Source: a virus
Taxonomy: Duplodnaviria; Caudoviricetes
Strand: one strand, 5' to 3'
Virus record (IMG/VR): IMGVR_UViG_3300035661_000005
DNA: 64,000 nt
This document shows, in pieces, positions 30,001 to 38,620 of the stretch. Each line of letters opens with the position of its first letter. The stretch's first letter is position 1. Both the position numbers and the translations under genes were made by a program. The notes beneath the pieces were generated by a model, which did not search any database, was not told where the DNA came from, and saw only the letters and a list, made by a program, of their open reading frames with translations.

Positions 30001-31276
30001 CTACAGGCTGGACATCAACCAGCGGATGTTTCGTGTTGCCGTGGATGGTACGGCCGCTCGTATGCCCAAGTTCCACGACCAGCGTACGCCGCCGTTCCTG
30101 GTTCGAGCCCTCATTGAAAAGTACCCGCATGAGAAGCCGTCGAGCTTCCCGACCAAAACCCTCTACAATCTCTACCTTCGCATGAAGGCGGGGGGCGCGA
30201 CGACGCTCAACATGTTCCAGCACATGCTGGACACGATGGGCTATCGGATCGACCAGCCGGTCTACGGGTACAAGCGGCTCAAGGCGAAACGCGAGCTTTC
30301 AACCAAAGGGCCGACCTACACGCTGTCGGTCAACGATCCTCGACATCGGTTCGAGGCTGAGGGTGTCATCACCAAGAACTCTGGCGCGGACATCATGAAG
30401 ATCGCGATGGTCCTCCTCCACAAGGACTTCTACCGGCGCGGCTGGCTGAAGAACTGGACGGGCGGTAACCCGGAACAGCAGGACATCGTTCGGATGCTCC
30501 TGTCCGTTCACGACGAGTTGGTGTTCGAGATCCGCCACGATCAGGTCATCCACGCGACGCCGGTCATCGTCGACAAGATGGAGCTGCCGACGAGGATGGC
30601 GCTCCCACCGTTCAGCCCGCAGTGGCGGGTGCCGCTCGTCACCGAGCCTCTCGTCGGACCCACGTGGGGGACGGGCTACCCATGCGAGCGGGCCAAGGCG
30701 GACCACAAGCTCAAGGAGGGGGAGGTCATCCACAACGGGTTCCTCTACGGGACGATCCGCACGGTCGACCTGGGCAAGGAGGATCCTGGAGCTGGGGAGG
30801 TCGAGCACTGGCGGGATGAGAAGTCCAAGAAGCTGAAGATCCGCTTCTTGGAGCCCCAGTGGCTCCTCCAGGCGGGCGGGAGCTTGCCCGAACCCATCCG
30901 GGAGGCGCCGCCCCCGGCTACTCCGCCAGCTACTCCGCCGCCGGGTGCCCCTGCGGCGGCTCCAGCGGCCCCTGTCGCGGCGTCCCCGGCACCGTCTACG
31001 CCCTCGATCCCTCCGCCTACGTCAGCGGCCCCAGCGGCCCCGGAGCAGGTCGTGGTCATCCGGCTGACGCTCCTCAACGGGCGCACGGTTCGGCAGGTCA
31101 TGGGCATCGTGACGTCGAACGCGGACCCGAAGGGCAAGCTCCTGCACCTGACGGATGCCACGGGGACCACGCTGATCGACCCTCAGCAACACCGGCTGCG
31201 GATCGATGCCGAGAAGGTTGCGAAAGCTCTTCAGGAGCTGCACATCTCGGACGGACGGATCGGGGTGGTTGTATGA
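27035..31276 (+). CDS. polA: Family A DNA polymerase with 3'-5' exonuclease and intein
   Basis: SLDLECEG, WNAKFD, YACSDA, ATGRFS, KCDYAGQELR, GKVANFALVYGG, NYPIQG|SGADIMK, LSVHDELVFE. Start set at ATG 27035 (overlaps the upstream stop). Confidence 0.92.
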   Translation: MSETEDFDEMLAALEAVQPPAETRSTAVPDTDPVNSYPDPTGEPIEPDGPVAAPPPMAAPVTAPVATDDAEDFMSGMGLQAEGQQDLRKPWMKHHRFVLVQKIEEVRKLIDEAIASGKCSLDLECEGLDNRIIYNAQGKMETVHKIVGYCIAYGDAKAGYYIPVRHKPFDGSPGMNVEPVAEVEAEIRRLCLAAQPTPKPGQEDLLAFKEFETPPRVVIDFWNAKFDQEFLFPVTGIDFWHPDSFEDGLLAFFTIFSGDHALGLKPKAAQKLRDPDGNPYVMIEIKDLFPNRRKINFASLSPDEPNVVPYACSDAICTRLLCALPDLLPVIRADKRGRAFTYRLEKQVSQVVRVMERNRVRVNRQRVIELRDIHRKGRERYREMIVALARSKGFMEFEPGSPAQLSEFLFSERGLNINPKPEKNASGAYKTDFDTLDGITKELGDNAPEVLKWVVSYREEDKVLGTYLESLSTNPDANDELRFNFKQTGAATGRFSAPAGEPEHGFSGVPIHGMPSTSDLRQVFEARIGYTMVKCDYAGQELRIVTNLSNEPVWVKEFLEGTGDLHTITARAFYNKQEVSKDERKAGKVANFALVYGGGPQAIMRATGCDKVEGQRRKQAFDKAVPTFAKWVKGQHDKVKKDLGVYTAFGRWVSIPDASIRVGQLDQNGKPVGSDEDIRRIRAACERHATNYPIQGCLQPSARVLTTQGYKTVAQLREEGGTGWTWTGSNWAEFEILDKGEWQYAEIELVDGTIIPCDTRHKLLVVTESGYEWREYEALRPEDQVATSLATPVQFPGEPLPPLEVGEKSNLSPLLPEGCEADLWFWLGYYYGDGWKGDEKGCLTYCFGDHETSMMDRCVGFWSHWGLNPKIKENTHQPAEKVSTRFDVEVRSVDLARWLSKLGINQSDAHTKRLPDRVFCEPLLYRQAFIKGLMASDGHRTSDGNPYHLHLYQADLLRDVKLLLRTVGVESSLHGPYHQTDKNGLETTSYRLDINQRMFRVAVDGTAARMPKFHDQRTPPFLVRALIEKYPHEKPSSFPTKTLYNLYLRMKAGGATTLNMFQHMLDTMGYRIDQPVYGYKRLKAKRELSTKGPTYTLSVNDPRHRFEAEGVITKNSGADIMKIAMVLLHKDFYRRGWLKNWTGGNPEQQDIVRMLLSVHDELVFEIRHDQVIHATPVIVDKMELPTRMALPPFSPQWRVPLVTEPLVGPTWGTGYPCERAKADHKLKEGEVIHNGFLYGTIRTVDLGKEDPGAGEVEHWRDEKSKKLKIRFLEPQWLLQAGGSLPEPIREAPPPATPPATPPPGAPAAAPAAPVAASPAPSTPSIPPPTSAAPAAPEQVVVIRLTLLNGRTVRQVMGIVTSNADPKGKLLHLTDATGTTLIDPQQHRLRIDAEKVAKALQELHISDGRIGVVV
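29123..30379 (+). mobile_element. Intein (419 aa, LAGLIDADG) in PolA, ending Lys-Asn
   Basis: IQG|CLQP...EAEGVITKN|SGAD; WLGYYYGDG and FIKGLMASDG motifs. Confidence 0.9.
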
Positions 31277-31827
31277 CCCAGCGCGACCAGCTTGCGGAGT
31301 GCAACGTACACGGGGAGGCCCTGGATACGTTTCAGTCCGTCTGGTGCAAGCGATGCATTAGCCCCGAGTGCTCTCGTAGTGCCTCGGGGCAGAATCGGTT
31401 CGAGCAACGGGTGCGCACCTGGGAGGAGAGGCTCTTCACAAACCCCCCGAAGATGTCTCCGGACGATCCGCGTTTCACCAAGTTTTCCGCGCAGAGGTTC
31501 ATCACGATCGATCCCGGCCGAACCCCGGAGATCCGCACGTCTAGCTGGGTCGACCCCAGGGATTTGACGGAACCGGCCACGCAGGGGACGATCCCGGCAG
31601 TAACCACCCCAGCCCCTGAACAAGCTCCCGAACCGGCCCCCGTGGGGCAAGTCTCTCCGACCGCCATGCTCATGAACGCACAAAGTCAGAATGGCCGAGT
31701 GCTTTCCGGTGTAAGAGCCGATCGACCCTCAAAGGGCGACCCCTGGGCGGTGCCGGCGCCCGCCGAAAACGTGGTCCCCGTCGGAACGACGATCAAGTTT
31801 GGCGGTTCCGGTGTAGATAAGGGGTGA
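31273..31827 (+). CDS. Hypothetical protein with N-terminal Cys/His cluster
   Basis: ATG overlaps the polA stop; CNVH...WCKRCISPEC. Confidence 0.6.
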   Translation: MTQRDQLAECNVHGEALDTFQSVWCKRCISPECSRSASGQNRFEQRVRTWEERLFTNPPKMSPDDPRFTKFSAQRFITIDPGRTPEIRTSSWVDPRDLTEPATQGTIPAVTTPAPEQAPEPAPVGQVSPTAMLMNAQSQNGRVLSGVRADRPSKGDPWAVPAPAENVVPVGTTIKFGGSGVDKG

Positions 31828-31838
31828 GGAGACTTCCG

Positions 31839-32024
31839 ATGACTGCAGCGATGAAGTTCAAGGCGGTGATCAAGCAGGACGGGACGATCGTGACGGAGGT
31901 GCTCGAACGCAATTCGCACCTCTGCAGCGAGATCTACCGCGTCACGAACGCGCTCGGCAAGCAGCTCTCGGACGAGGAGATCGGTCCGGAGTGCGACTCC
32001 CAGCACGAGGTTCAGGGCGGCTGA
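31839..32024 (+). CDS. DUF2997-family protein
   Basis: FKAVIKQDGTIVTEV...C.....NALG pattern; GAGGAG RBS; adjacent to DUF1257 and Ycf46-type genes. Confidence 0.7.
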   Translation: MTAAMKFKAVIKQDGTIVTEVLERNSHLCSEIYRVTNALGKQLSDEEIGPECDSQHEVQGG

Positions 32025-32404
32025 GGGATCGGCCGGAACCCCACAGGAAGGAACGAAGACATGTCGCATCGCGTGACCACGAAGACCGAGATCAAGGACA
32101 AGGCGCTCGCCGTGCAGGCGTGCAAGCAGATGGGGGTGACGTACGTGGAGCGCGGGGACACCCTCGACTTCACGTCCGGCGCGCTCCGCGGCGCGTCCCT
32201 CAACCTCAAGACCGGCGACGTCACCGGGGACACCGACTTCGGTCATACCCATGACAAGCTCGGCGCGCTCCGTCAGGCGTACGGCGAGGCGAAGTACCGC
32301 TACGAGTGCAACCGCCAGGGGATCATGATCGAGTCGCGCACGGTCAACAAGGCCGGCGAGATCGAGCTGATCTGCGCGGTCGGCTGACGGGTTCCTCCGA
32401 TCCC
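32025..32404. repeat. Interrupted inverted repeat enclosing the DUF1257 gene
   Basis: GGGATCGG-CC-GGAACCC (32025-41) pairs with GGGTTCC-T-CCGATCCC (32389-404). Confidence 0.6.
32061..32387 (+). CDS. DUF1257 (Ycf35-like) protein
   Basis: MSH..TKTEIKD..LA..A..QMG...Y.EA......QG..IE......GEIELI pattern. Confidence 0.8.
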   Translation: MSHRVTTKTEIKDKALAVQACKQMGVTYVERGDTLDFTSGALRGASLNLKTGDVTGDTDFGHTHDKLGALRQAYGEAKYRYECNRQGIMIESRTVNKAGEIELICAVG

Positions 32405-32411
32405 AAGCCTT

Positions 32412-32441
32412 GAAGGGCTCACCCGCAACGGTGAGCCCTTC
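32412..32441 (+). terminator. Perfect 12-bp hairpin (terminator or 3' stabiliser)
   Basis: GAAGGGCTCACC-CGCAAC-GGTGAGCCCTTC; only a weak T tract follows. Confidence 0.55.
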
Positions 32442-32488
32442 GACATTTCTAGGTCCAGGTTCCCAGCGTCCGGTGTAAGAGAAGACCA

Positions 32489-35443
32489 ATGGCAACGCCC
32501 GAGCTGACGTTCTACCTGCGCAGTCTGACGCGCTTCATTTACTTCGTGACGGACGAGGAGGACCGTTTCCTCGTGCGCCTTCACCAGACGCTCAGGGACT
32601 TCGCGCGGCGGACCTGGGTCTACAACGCGGCCTTCGGCCTCGTCCCCATCGAGTCCCTCATGAAGGACTGGACGGAGCGGACGCACACGGAGGACCCCGA
32701 GACGCTCAACATCCACGGGGCGCTCGTCAAGATGTACAAGGACGATCCGAAGAAGGAGCAGAACTTCTACATCGTCACGGACCCCGAGCGCTGGCTCGCG
32801 GACGCTCACGTGCAGCGGCGGTTCCTCAACCTCGCGCACCAGGTCCACCAGGACAACCGGGTCATCAAGATCGTCATCTTCGTCGGGACGCGCAAGTACG
32901 TCCCCGAGAAGCTCGCCCGCTACGTGGAGGTCGTCCACGACAAGGGGCTGACGGACGAAGAGATCCTCGGGCTCGTGGAGGACGCGGCCAAGCACCTCAA
33001 GACGCCGGTTCCGGAGAACGCGCAGAAGCTCTTCAAGGGGCTGACGGCGTACGAGATCAAGATGGCCATCGGCCAGTCGATCATCGCAACGAAGAAGGAC
33101 CAGGTGAACCCGCGTCGGATCGACCCGACGATCGTGGCGGACTTCCGCCGCAAGCAGCTCCGCAAGTCCGACCTCGTGCAGTACATCGACACGGATAACA
33201 TGAGCTTCGACCAGGTCGGTGGCGCGGACCGCTTCAAGGAGTGGGCGAGGAAGGCGCGGGCCACGTGGTCGGATCGCGGCCAGAAGTTCGGGCTTCGTCC
33301 GCCGAAGGGTGTCCTGTGCGTCGGCGTCTGGGGGTGCGGTAAGTCCCTCTCGGTCAAGGCGCTCGGCGCGGCCTGGGGGCTCCCCGTGGTCCAGCTGGAG
33401 ATGGGACGTCTGCGTTCGAGCGGCGTCGGTGACTCGGAGGCCAACGTCTACCGCGCCTGCCGCATCATCGAGGCGGCTGCCCCGTGCGTCACGGGGGAGA
33501 CGGAGGTCACGCTGGCCGATGGGACGACGAAGCCCATCGAAAGCTTGTGGCAAACGTACGTGGCCGGCTCTACGGAACCCCTCCGCGTCCAGTGCTGGAA
33601 CGAGAAGTCGTTCCGGGTCGAGACGACGGGCGTCCGTGCGATCACGCGACGAGAGGCGGAGGCGTTCCGGGTCGAGGCCGCCCACGGCTTCTACCTCAAT
33701 GCCACCGCGAACCACCAACACTATGTCATGCGCGGTGGGATGCCCGAGTGGGTCCGTACGGACGAACTTCAGCCCGGGGACATGATGGCGGTTCCGACCG
33801 CACAGCGGGCGAGTGCTCAAGACGAAGGTGTCGACCCGGACGCGGTACTCCTTCAGTGCCACCCCTCTGGGATGCGTACCTACGGGCCCACCAACGAGCT
33901 TCGTCGGGGTGGTGGGGGCTACAGGGATGCGGTCGTCCCGAAGCTGCCTGTGAAGTGGACGTGGGATCTCGGGCGGCTCCTCGGTCTCATCGAAGGGGAT
34001 GGGTTCATCGGGGAGAAGGACGGGATCGGATTCACGAACACCTCGCCAACGCTCCTCAGTCGCTTCGAGGGCTTCATGGAGGGCCTGTTCGGCTTGAAGC
34101 CGTCGCGCAACGAACACAAACAGGGCAAGATCCCCAACCTGCCGGGGTTGAGCGACGATCCCCAGTTCAAGCCGTGCTGGACGAGCGTGGTGCAGAACCA
34201 GCTCGCAGCCGAGTTCCTCCGCAACGCCCGTAGGGCGATTCTCTCCGCACCCGTGGGAGTGCGGGCAGCGTTTCTCGCCGGATGGATCGACGCGGATGGG
34301 TGTATCGGACCCAACAAGGTCACCCTCACGGTCAAGCATCCGAAGATGTGGGCGGAACGGCAGCTCCTCGCCCGCCAGGTCATCCAGTCGTTGGGGGTCG
34401 TCCCGTCGAAGTTCGGCTACCCCAACCTAGAGATCACGGGGTCTCGGGCGGTCCGTCTCGCCTCTCTCATCGGGGAGTTCCTCATGGAGAAGAGTGCCAA
34501 GGCGGCCCTCGTCTCCTCGTCGGAGATCGGGTTCGATCGGAACATGGGTTATGCCTGTGGGCAGGTGCTCGCCCAGGCACGGGCCGCCTCCGGTCTCACG
34601 CTCGCGCAGATCGGGATGTCGCCGAGTACGGTGTGGAACCACGAGAACGGCAGGGTTCCGATCAGCAGGCGGCACCTGTACGCCTACATGGAAAAGCTCG
34701 GCGATGCGGGCCAGGATCTCAGGCGCCTGAGTCGCGCCGAGTGTGAGTGGATCAAGGTCATGAGCGTCGAGCCCATCGGCGTGCAGACCGTCTATGACTT
34801 GGCCTGTGAGGGCGAGGATACGCACTCGTTCATCGCAAACGGGCTCGTCACGCACAACTGCATCGTCTGGATCGATGAAGCTGAGAAGAGCCTTTCGGGC
34901 GCGGCTTCGTCCGCGCAGTCGGACGCGGGCACGACCAACCGCACGATCGGCATCCTCTCGACGTGGCTCCAGGAGACGGACGCGCAGGTCTGCCTCGCCA
35001 TGACGGCGAACAGCCTCAAGACCCTCCCGGTCGAATTCGTCAACCGCATGGACGAGCGCTTCTTCTTCGACATCCCGGACGAGGAGGGGCGCATCGAGAT
35101 CCTGAAGATCCACCTGCGGAAAGCGGGTCAGGATCCGGACCAGTACGACCTCGCCACGCTCGCCGACAAGGCTCAGGGTATGGTCGGACGCGAGATCGAA
35201 CAGGCGATCGGTGCGGCCATGATCGAGTCGTTCGCCCAGGACAAGCCGGCCCTCGACACGGACATCCTGACCGAGGAGCTGGCGCACAAGCCGCGCATCA
35301 TCAAGACCATGGCCGACGAGGTGAAGGAGATCGTCGAGTGGGTCGGGTACGATCCGGATGCGAACGACGGCATCCGTGCCCGGTTCGCTTCGAAGCCCGA
35401 TCGCAAGTCCGGCGGCCTCAAGCTCGTCTCGCCCCATGAGTGA
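32489..35443 (+). CDS. Ycf46-type AAA+ ATPase with intein
   Basis: N-terminal YFVTDEEDR degenerate domain; QVGGADRFKEW, GVWGCGKS, VGDSEANV, intein, CIVWIDEAEK, AMTAN, RMDERFFFDIP. Confidence 0.85.
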   Translation: MATPELTFYLRSLTRFIYFVTDEEDRFLVRLHQTLRDFARRTWVYNAAFGLVPIESLMKDWTERTHTEDPETLNIHGALVKMYKDDPKKEQNFYIVTDPERWLADAHVQRRFLNLAHQVHQDNRVIKIVIFVGTRKYVPEKLARYVEVVHDKGLTDEEILGLVEDAAKHLKTPVPENAQKLFKGLTAYEIKMAIGQSIIATKKDQVNPRRIDPTIVADFRRKQLRKSDLVQYIDTDNMSFDQVGGADRFKEWARKARATWSDRGQKFGLRPPKGVLCVGVWGCGKSLSVKALGAAWGLPVVQLEMGRLRSSGVGDSEANVYRACRIIEAAAPCVTGETEVTLADGTTKPIESLWQTYVAGSTEPLRVQCWNEKSFRVETTGVRAITRREAEAFRVEAAHGFYLNATANHQHYVMRGGMPEWVRTDELQPGDMMAVPTAQRASAQDEGVDPDAVLLQCHPSGMRTYGPTNELRRGGGGYRDAVVPKLPVKWTWDLGRLLGLIEGDGFIGEKDGIGFTNTSPTLLSRFEGFMEGLFGLKPSRNEHKQGKIPNLPGLSDDPQFKPCWTSVVQNQLAAEFLRNARRAILSAPVGVRAAFLAGWIDADGCIGPNKVTLTVKHPKMWAERQLLARQVIQSLGVVPSKFGYPNLEITGSRAVRLASLIGEFLMEKSAKAALVSSSEIGFDRNMGYACGQVLAQARAASGLTLAQIGMSPSTVWNHENGRVPISRRHLYAYMEKLGDAGQDLRRLSRAECEWIKVMSVEPIGVQTVYDLACEGEDTHSFIANGLVTHNCIVWIDEAEKSLSGAASSAQSDAGTTNRTIGILSTWLQETDAQVCLAMTANSLKTLPVEFVNRMDERFFFDIPDEEGRIEILKIHLRKAGQDPDQYDLATLADKAQGMVGREIEQAIGAAMIESFAQDKPALDTDILTEELAHKPRIIKTMADEVKEIVEWVGYDPDANDGIRARFASKPDRKSGGLKLVSPHE
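33485..34858 (+). mobile_element. Intein (458 aa, LAGLIDADG plus XRE-like HTH) just before Walker B
   Basis: AAP|CVTGET...ANGLVTHN|CIVW; LLGLIEGDG, FLAGWIDADG; ARAASGLTLAQIGMSPSTVWNHENG. Confidence 0.92.
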
Positions 35444-36584
35444 TCTTGCTCGACTGTCCCCGGAGGTCCGGACGCTCGCCCGTCCGGCCACCGTGGATCT
35501 CCTTGCGGTCCGTTTCGAGGTCCAGCGCAACGGCGCCCTCCAGGCGCTGTTCGTCCAGGCGAGGAAGGAGGGTTGGTCCACCACGCAGCTGGTGGACGCG
35601 GCCCTTCCGCTTCTGGAGGCCAAGCTGTCAGCCTCAACGGAGGAGCTGCGGCAAGCGGCAACCTACCTCGCCGACGAGTACTTCCAGATCGGGGACGCCA
35701 TGCTCCTGATCGACCGGCGGACGGGGAAGGCCCTGGTCAAGATCACGGAGGAGGACATCTGGCAAGGACCGGAGGTCCGCCGGGAAAGCGGCGCTCTCGC
35801 CAAGCCGCTGCCCCGTCTACGGCCCGAGCTGGAGGGGATGCTGGTCCAATGGGTCTTCGACCGGGAACGCGACAGCGGGGTCGAGGCAGCCCTGGCGGCA
35901 CGTCCGGGCCAGACGGCCTTCCTCGCCGAGGAAGGTAACCCCCGGCTCCGGGCCGCAACCCAGGAGGGGCGGCAGGCCATTGTCAGGGACGTTCGGGAGG
36001 CGGCGGACACGATCCTCCAAGGGCTCCGGGGCCTTCCCCTGGATTTCCTGAACGCTTTCGACGTTCGGACGGAGGATGGGGCCTACCCGGGCTCGTTCGT
36101 GACGCGGGAGGTGGCTTTCGCCCGGACGCGGACCAACGTCGCTGACCAGCGAACGGTGAACCTTCGCTTCGACCTCCTTGCATACCAGCGGGGCGCCATC
36201 GGGCACAGCTGGGTACGGGAGATCGTTCGGTCCCTGGCGCAGGCATACCCGCTCCCCCGCAAGGTGGACTACGGCGATCTGACGGTTGCGGACCTGGGGG
36301 GTGCCCCCATGTGGGCGACGAACGGCCACGCGATGTCAGCGTTGACCCGTACCTCGGGGGTCTCCGTGCTCGTCATCGAATCGGACGTGGCCATCGGTCT
36401 CAGGCCCGGGAAGGTCGGGACGCTTGTCCTGCACCCTGGGACCTACGATGTCCGCAGCCGGGAGGTCCACGATCGGTGGGAGGTGGCGGCGTCCGTTAAC
36501 TACTCCCTCTGGGTGGACTGGAGCCGTATCGTGGGGCTCCAGATCGTGAATGTGCCGGTACAGGCTGTGGTGGTAGGGCTTTGA
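35436..36584 (+). CDS. Hypothetical protein, 382 aa
   Basis: ATG 35436 overlaps the end of the AAA+ gene; good codon bias. Confidence 0.65.
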   Translation: MSDLARLSPEVRTLARPATVDLLAVRFEVQRNGALQALFVQARKEGWSTTQLVDAALPLLEAKLSASTEELRQAATYLADEYFQIGDAMLLIDRRTGKALVKITEEDIWQGPEVRRESGALAKPLPRLRPELEGMLVQWVFDRERDSGVEAALAARPGQTAFLAEEGNPRLRAATQEGRQAIVRDVREAADTILQGLRGLPLDFLNAFDVRTEDGAYPGSFVTREVAFARTRTNVADQRTVNLRFDLLAYQRGAIGHSWVREIVRSLAQAYPLPRKVDYGDLTVADLGGAPMWATNGHAMSALTRTSGVSVLVIESDVAIGLRPGKVGTLVLHPGTYDVRSREVHDRWEVAASVNYSLWVDWSRIVGLQIVNVPVQAVVVGL

Positions 36585-36602
36585 TGCCATCTCTTCTGTA
36601 GA

Positions 36603-37190
36603 ATGAGCGGCATCCCTACGATTTCGTCCCTCCGGTCAGCTGTGGCGCCTCCCTTCCAGATGGGCACGCCGGTGATCGTCATTGGGTCTGGCTTCGGAAC
36701 GAGCGGCTCGTGCTACCAGTTCCAGGATGGCTACCCGTTCCCGCTCGTTCTGAGCGGCTACTCGGACACGATCATCAGGTTCACCCTCTCGAACAAAGGG
36801 GGTCGAATGGATGCCCTGACCGGCTTCACGTTCCGCGTCCTGGTCGTGCCGAACGGGGAGATCGTCGGGGTCATGTCGGACACCTACACGGCGGTCCCAG
36901 CAGTCCCAGCAGTCCCCACCGACCTCAAACAAGAGGGTGCCTTCGTCACCCTTCGACCGAACCCTGATCGCTATCTCCCGGACCCCCTCCTGAAGGTCCC
37001 ATGCGGCTGGATCACGCAGGTTGTGCAAAAGAATGGCACGTACGTAATCTCGATGCGTCCTTCGTTCGACGACAAGCTGCGGCTAGGTGAGGTCGTCGTG
37101 GTCGCCGCCGACATCGAGAGGGTCTACTCGACCTCCGAGACGGCGCGCATGCTGAGCCTCGGCTACATTTGGCCCCTCTCCGGTGTCTGA
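36603..37190 (+). CDS. Hypothetical protein (IPT/TIG-like N-terminal half)
   Basis: PTISSL......GTPVIVIGSGFG resembles the start of an IPT domain. Confidence 0.55.
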   Translation: MSGIPTISSLRSAVAPPFQMGTPVIVIGSGFGTSGSCYQFQDGYPFPLVLSGYSDTIIRFTLSNKGGRMDALTGFTFRVLVVPNGEIVGVMSDTYTAVPAVPAVPTDLKQEGAFVTLRPNPDRYLPDPLLKVPCGWITQVVQKNGTYVISMRPSFDDKLRLGEVVVVAADIERVYSTSETARMLSLGYIWPLSGV

Positions 37191-37193
37191 ACC

Positions 37194-37406
37194 ATGCCCC
37201 GCTTCTACTCGTTCGTCGTCGTTGCTTCAGCCGAGTGCTCGTTTCAAGAGCACCTGCTGATGCTTGACCCGGGGGTCAACACGTTCAACCTTTCTCTGGA
37301 TGACGTGGAGGCATTCAAGGCGAATCTGGAAGAGCACGGGGTCGAGATTCGGCAGTGCAACGACCTCAGCGAGCCTGGGGACGATCCGAGGCTGCTGGAG
37401 CCATGA
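37194..37406 (+). CDS. Hypothetical protein, 70 aa
   Basis: ORF with coding-like codon bias. Confidence 0.55.
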   Translation: MPRFYSFVVVASAECSFQEHLLMLDPGVNTFNLSLDDVEAFKANLEEHGVEIRQCNDLSEPGDDPRLLEP

Positions 37407-37627
37407 GGGGGCGTGAGACTGTCAAGGCCCGGGTCGTGGAGTACTGCCGCAGGCGCAAGGCTCCGATCCTGATCGGAATGGTCCACATGGAGGCCCGGGT
37501 GGTAGGCACTCTCGATGAGGTGGAGGGCCTCCTGGATGAGCTGGTCGAGGACGGCGTCCTTCAGAAGTTCAACGGAAGTGAGGCGCAGCGGCGATTCGGT
37601 GTCCACTGTGCCTACGCTCTGGTGTAA
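37403..37627 (+). CDS. Small winged-helix-like protein
   Basis: ATGA overlap; VEGLLDELVEDGVLQK resembles a wHTH recognition helix and wing. Confidence 0.5.
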   Translation: MRGRETVKARVVEYCRRRKAPILIGMVHMEARVVGTLDEVEGLLDELVEDGVLQKFNGSEAQRRFGVHCAYALV

Positions 37628-37636
37628 TACGAGGGC

Positions 37637-37966
37637 GTGGGGATCCGGCAGCGCAAGAACCTCCTGATCACGACGCTCAAGGCCCGAGCGTTGGCTTCAA
37701 AGCTAGCCCCCGACGTCGTGGCGGCCTTCGAGCTGATGTACCGGCGGGCGCGGACGGCGGGCGAACAAGATCAGGTGACGGTTGCCCTGGCGGCGCAGAC
37801 GGACGGCTGGAAGACGGACGACGACTCCTACTCACGGCTCTTGCGGAACGCTCTGGACATGGACGACGGCCCGTTCGCCGAGGAGGACGACGACCGGCTG
37901 CCCCCGCACATGGAAGAGGCCATCGCTCGTGCGCGGGTGGATGTTTCCCGGCGCCGTTCGGTGTAA
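37637..37966 (+). CDS. Hypothetical protein, 109 aa
   Basis: GTG start preceded by the TGGTGTAAT motif. Confidence 0.55.
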   Translation: MGIRQRKNLLITTLKARALASKLAPDVVAAFELMYRRARTAGEQDQVTVALAAQTDGWKTDDDSYSRLLRNALDMDDGPFAEEDDDRLPPHMEEAIARARVDVSRRRSV

Positions 37967-37975
37967 GCCCCCCGC

Positions 37976-38578
37976 ATGAAGCCGAGAGTGCTGGTGGACG
38001 TCGATGGGGTCTTGGCTGACTTCCTGACGCCCGCGCTCAAGATCATCGAGAGACTCACGGGCCGTGCCTACCGGCCCGAGGAGATCCTGCGCTGGGACTT
38101 GTTCGAGACGATCGGCAAGGAGTGGGAGCAGCCCTTCCTCGCCCTCTGCAACGAGCCTGGCTTCGCGGCCTCGTGTCCGGTCCTGCCGGGCGCCCAAGAG
38201 GGTCTACGGGCGCTCCAGGAGGTCGCCACGGTCTACATCGTGACCTCGCCCCTGAACCACAACCCGACGTGGACGCACGAACGGGAGCTGTGGCTTCACG
38301 ACCACTTCGGCATCCACCACAAGCAGATCGTCCACACCTCGGCGAAGTACCTCTGCCTTGGCGACGTAATCATCGACGACCGGCCGAAGAACATCACGGA
38401 CTGGGAGGCGGAGCACCCGGACGGTCTCGGTCTGCTCTGGGATGCCCCTTGGAACCGGCTCGACGACGTGCGGTTCCGGGCACGGTCATGGGAAGAGGTC
38501 GTGACCCGCATCGCGGGCACGACCTTCCCTCCTCGCTTCCGGTACGCGAACCCCTCGACGGGGGACTTCAACCCGTGA
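37976..38578 (+). CDS. 5'(3')-deoxyribonucleotidase (HAD, NT5C type)
   Basis: VDVDGVLADF, YIVTSP, K...GDVIIDDRPKN. Confidence 0.88.
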   Translation: MKPRVLVDVDGVLADFLTPALKIIERLTGRAYRPEEILRWDLFETIGKEWEQPFLALCNEPGFAASCPVLPGAQEGLRALQEVATVYIVTSPLNHNPTWTHERELWLHDHFGIHHKQIVHTSAKYLCLGDVIIDDRPKNITDWEAEHPDGLGLLWDAPWNRLDDVRFRARSWEEVVTRIAGTTFPPRFRYANPSTGDFNP

Positions 38579-38620
38579 CGGACCTATAGCCTCAAGACCT
38601 GCCCTCACGAAAGATCAAAG

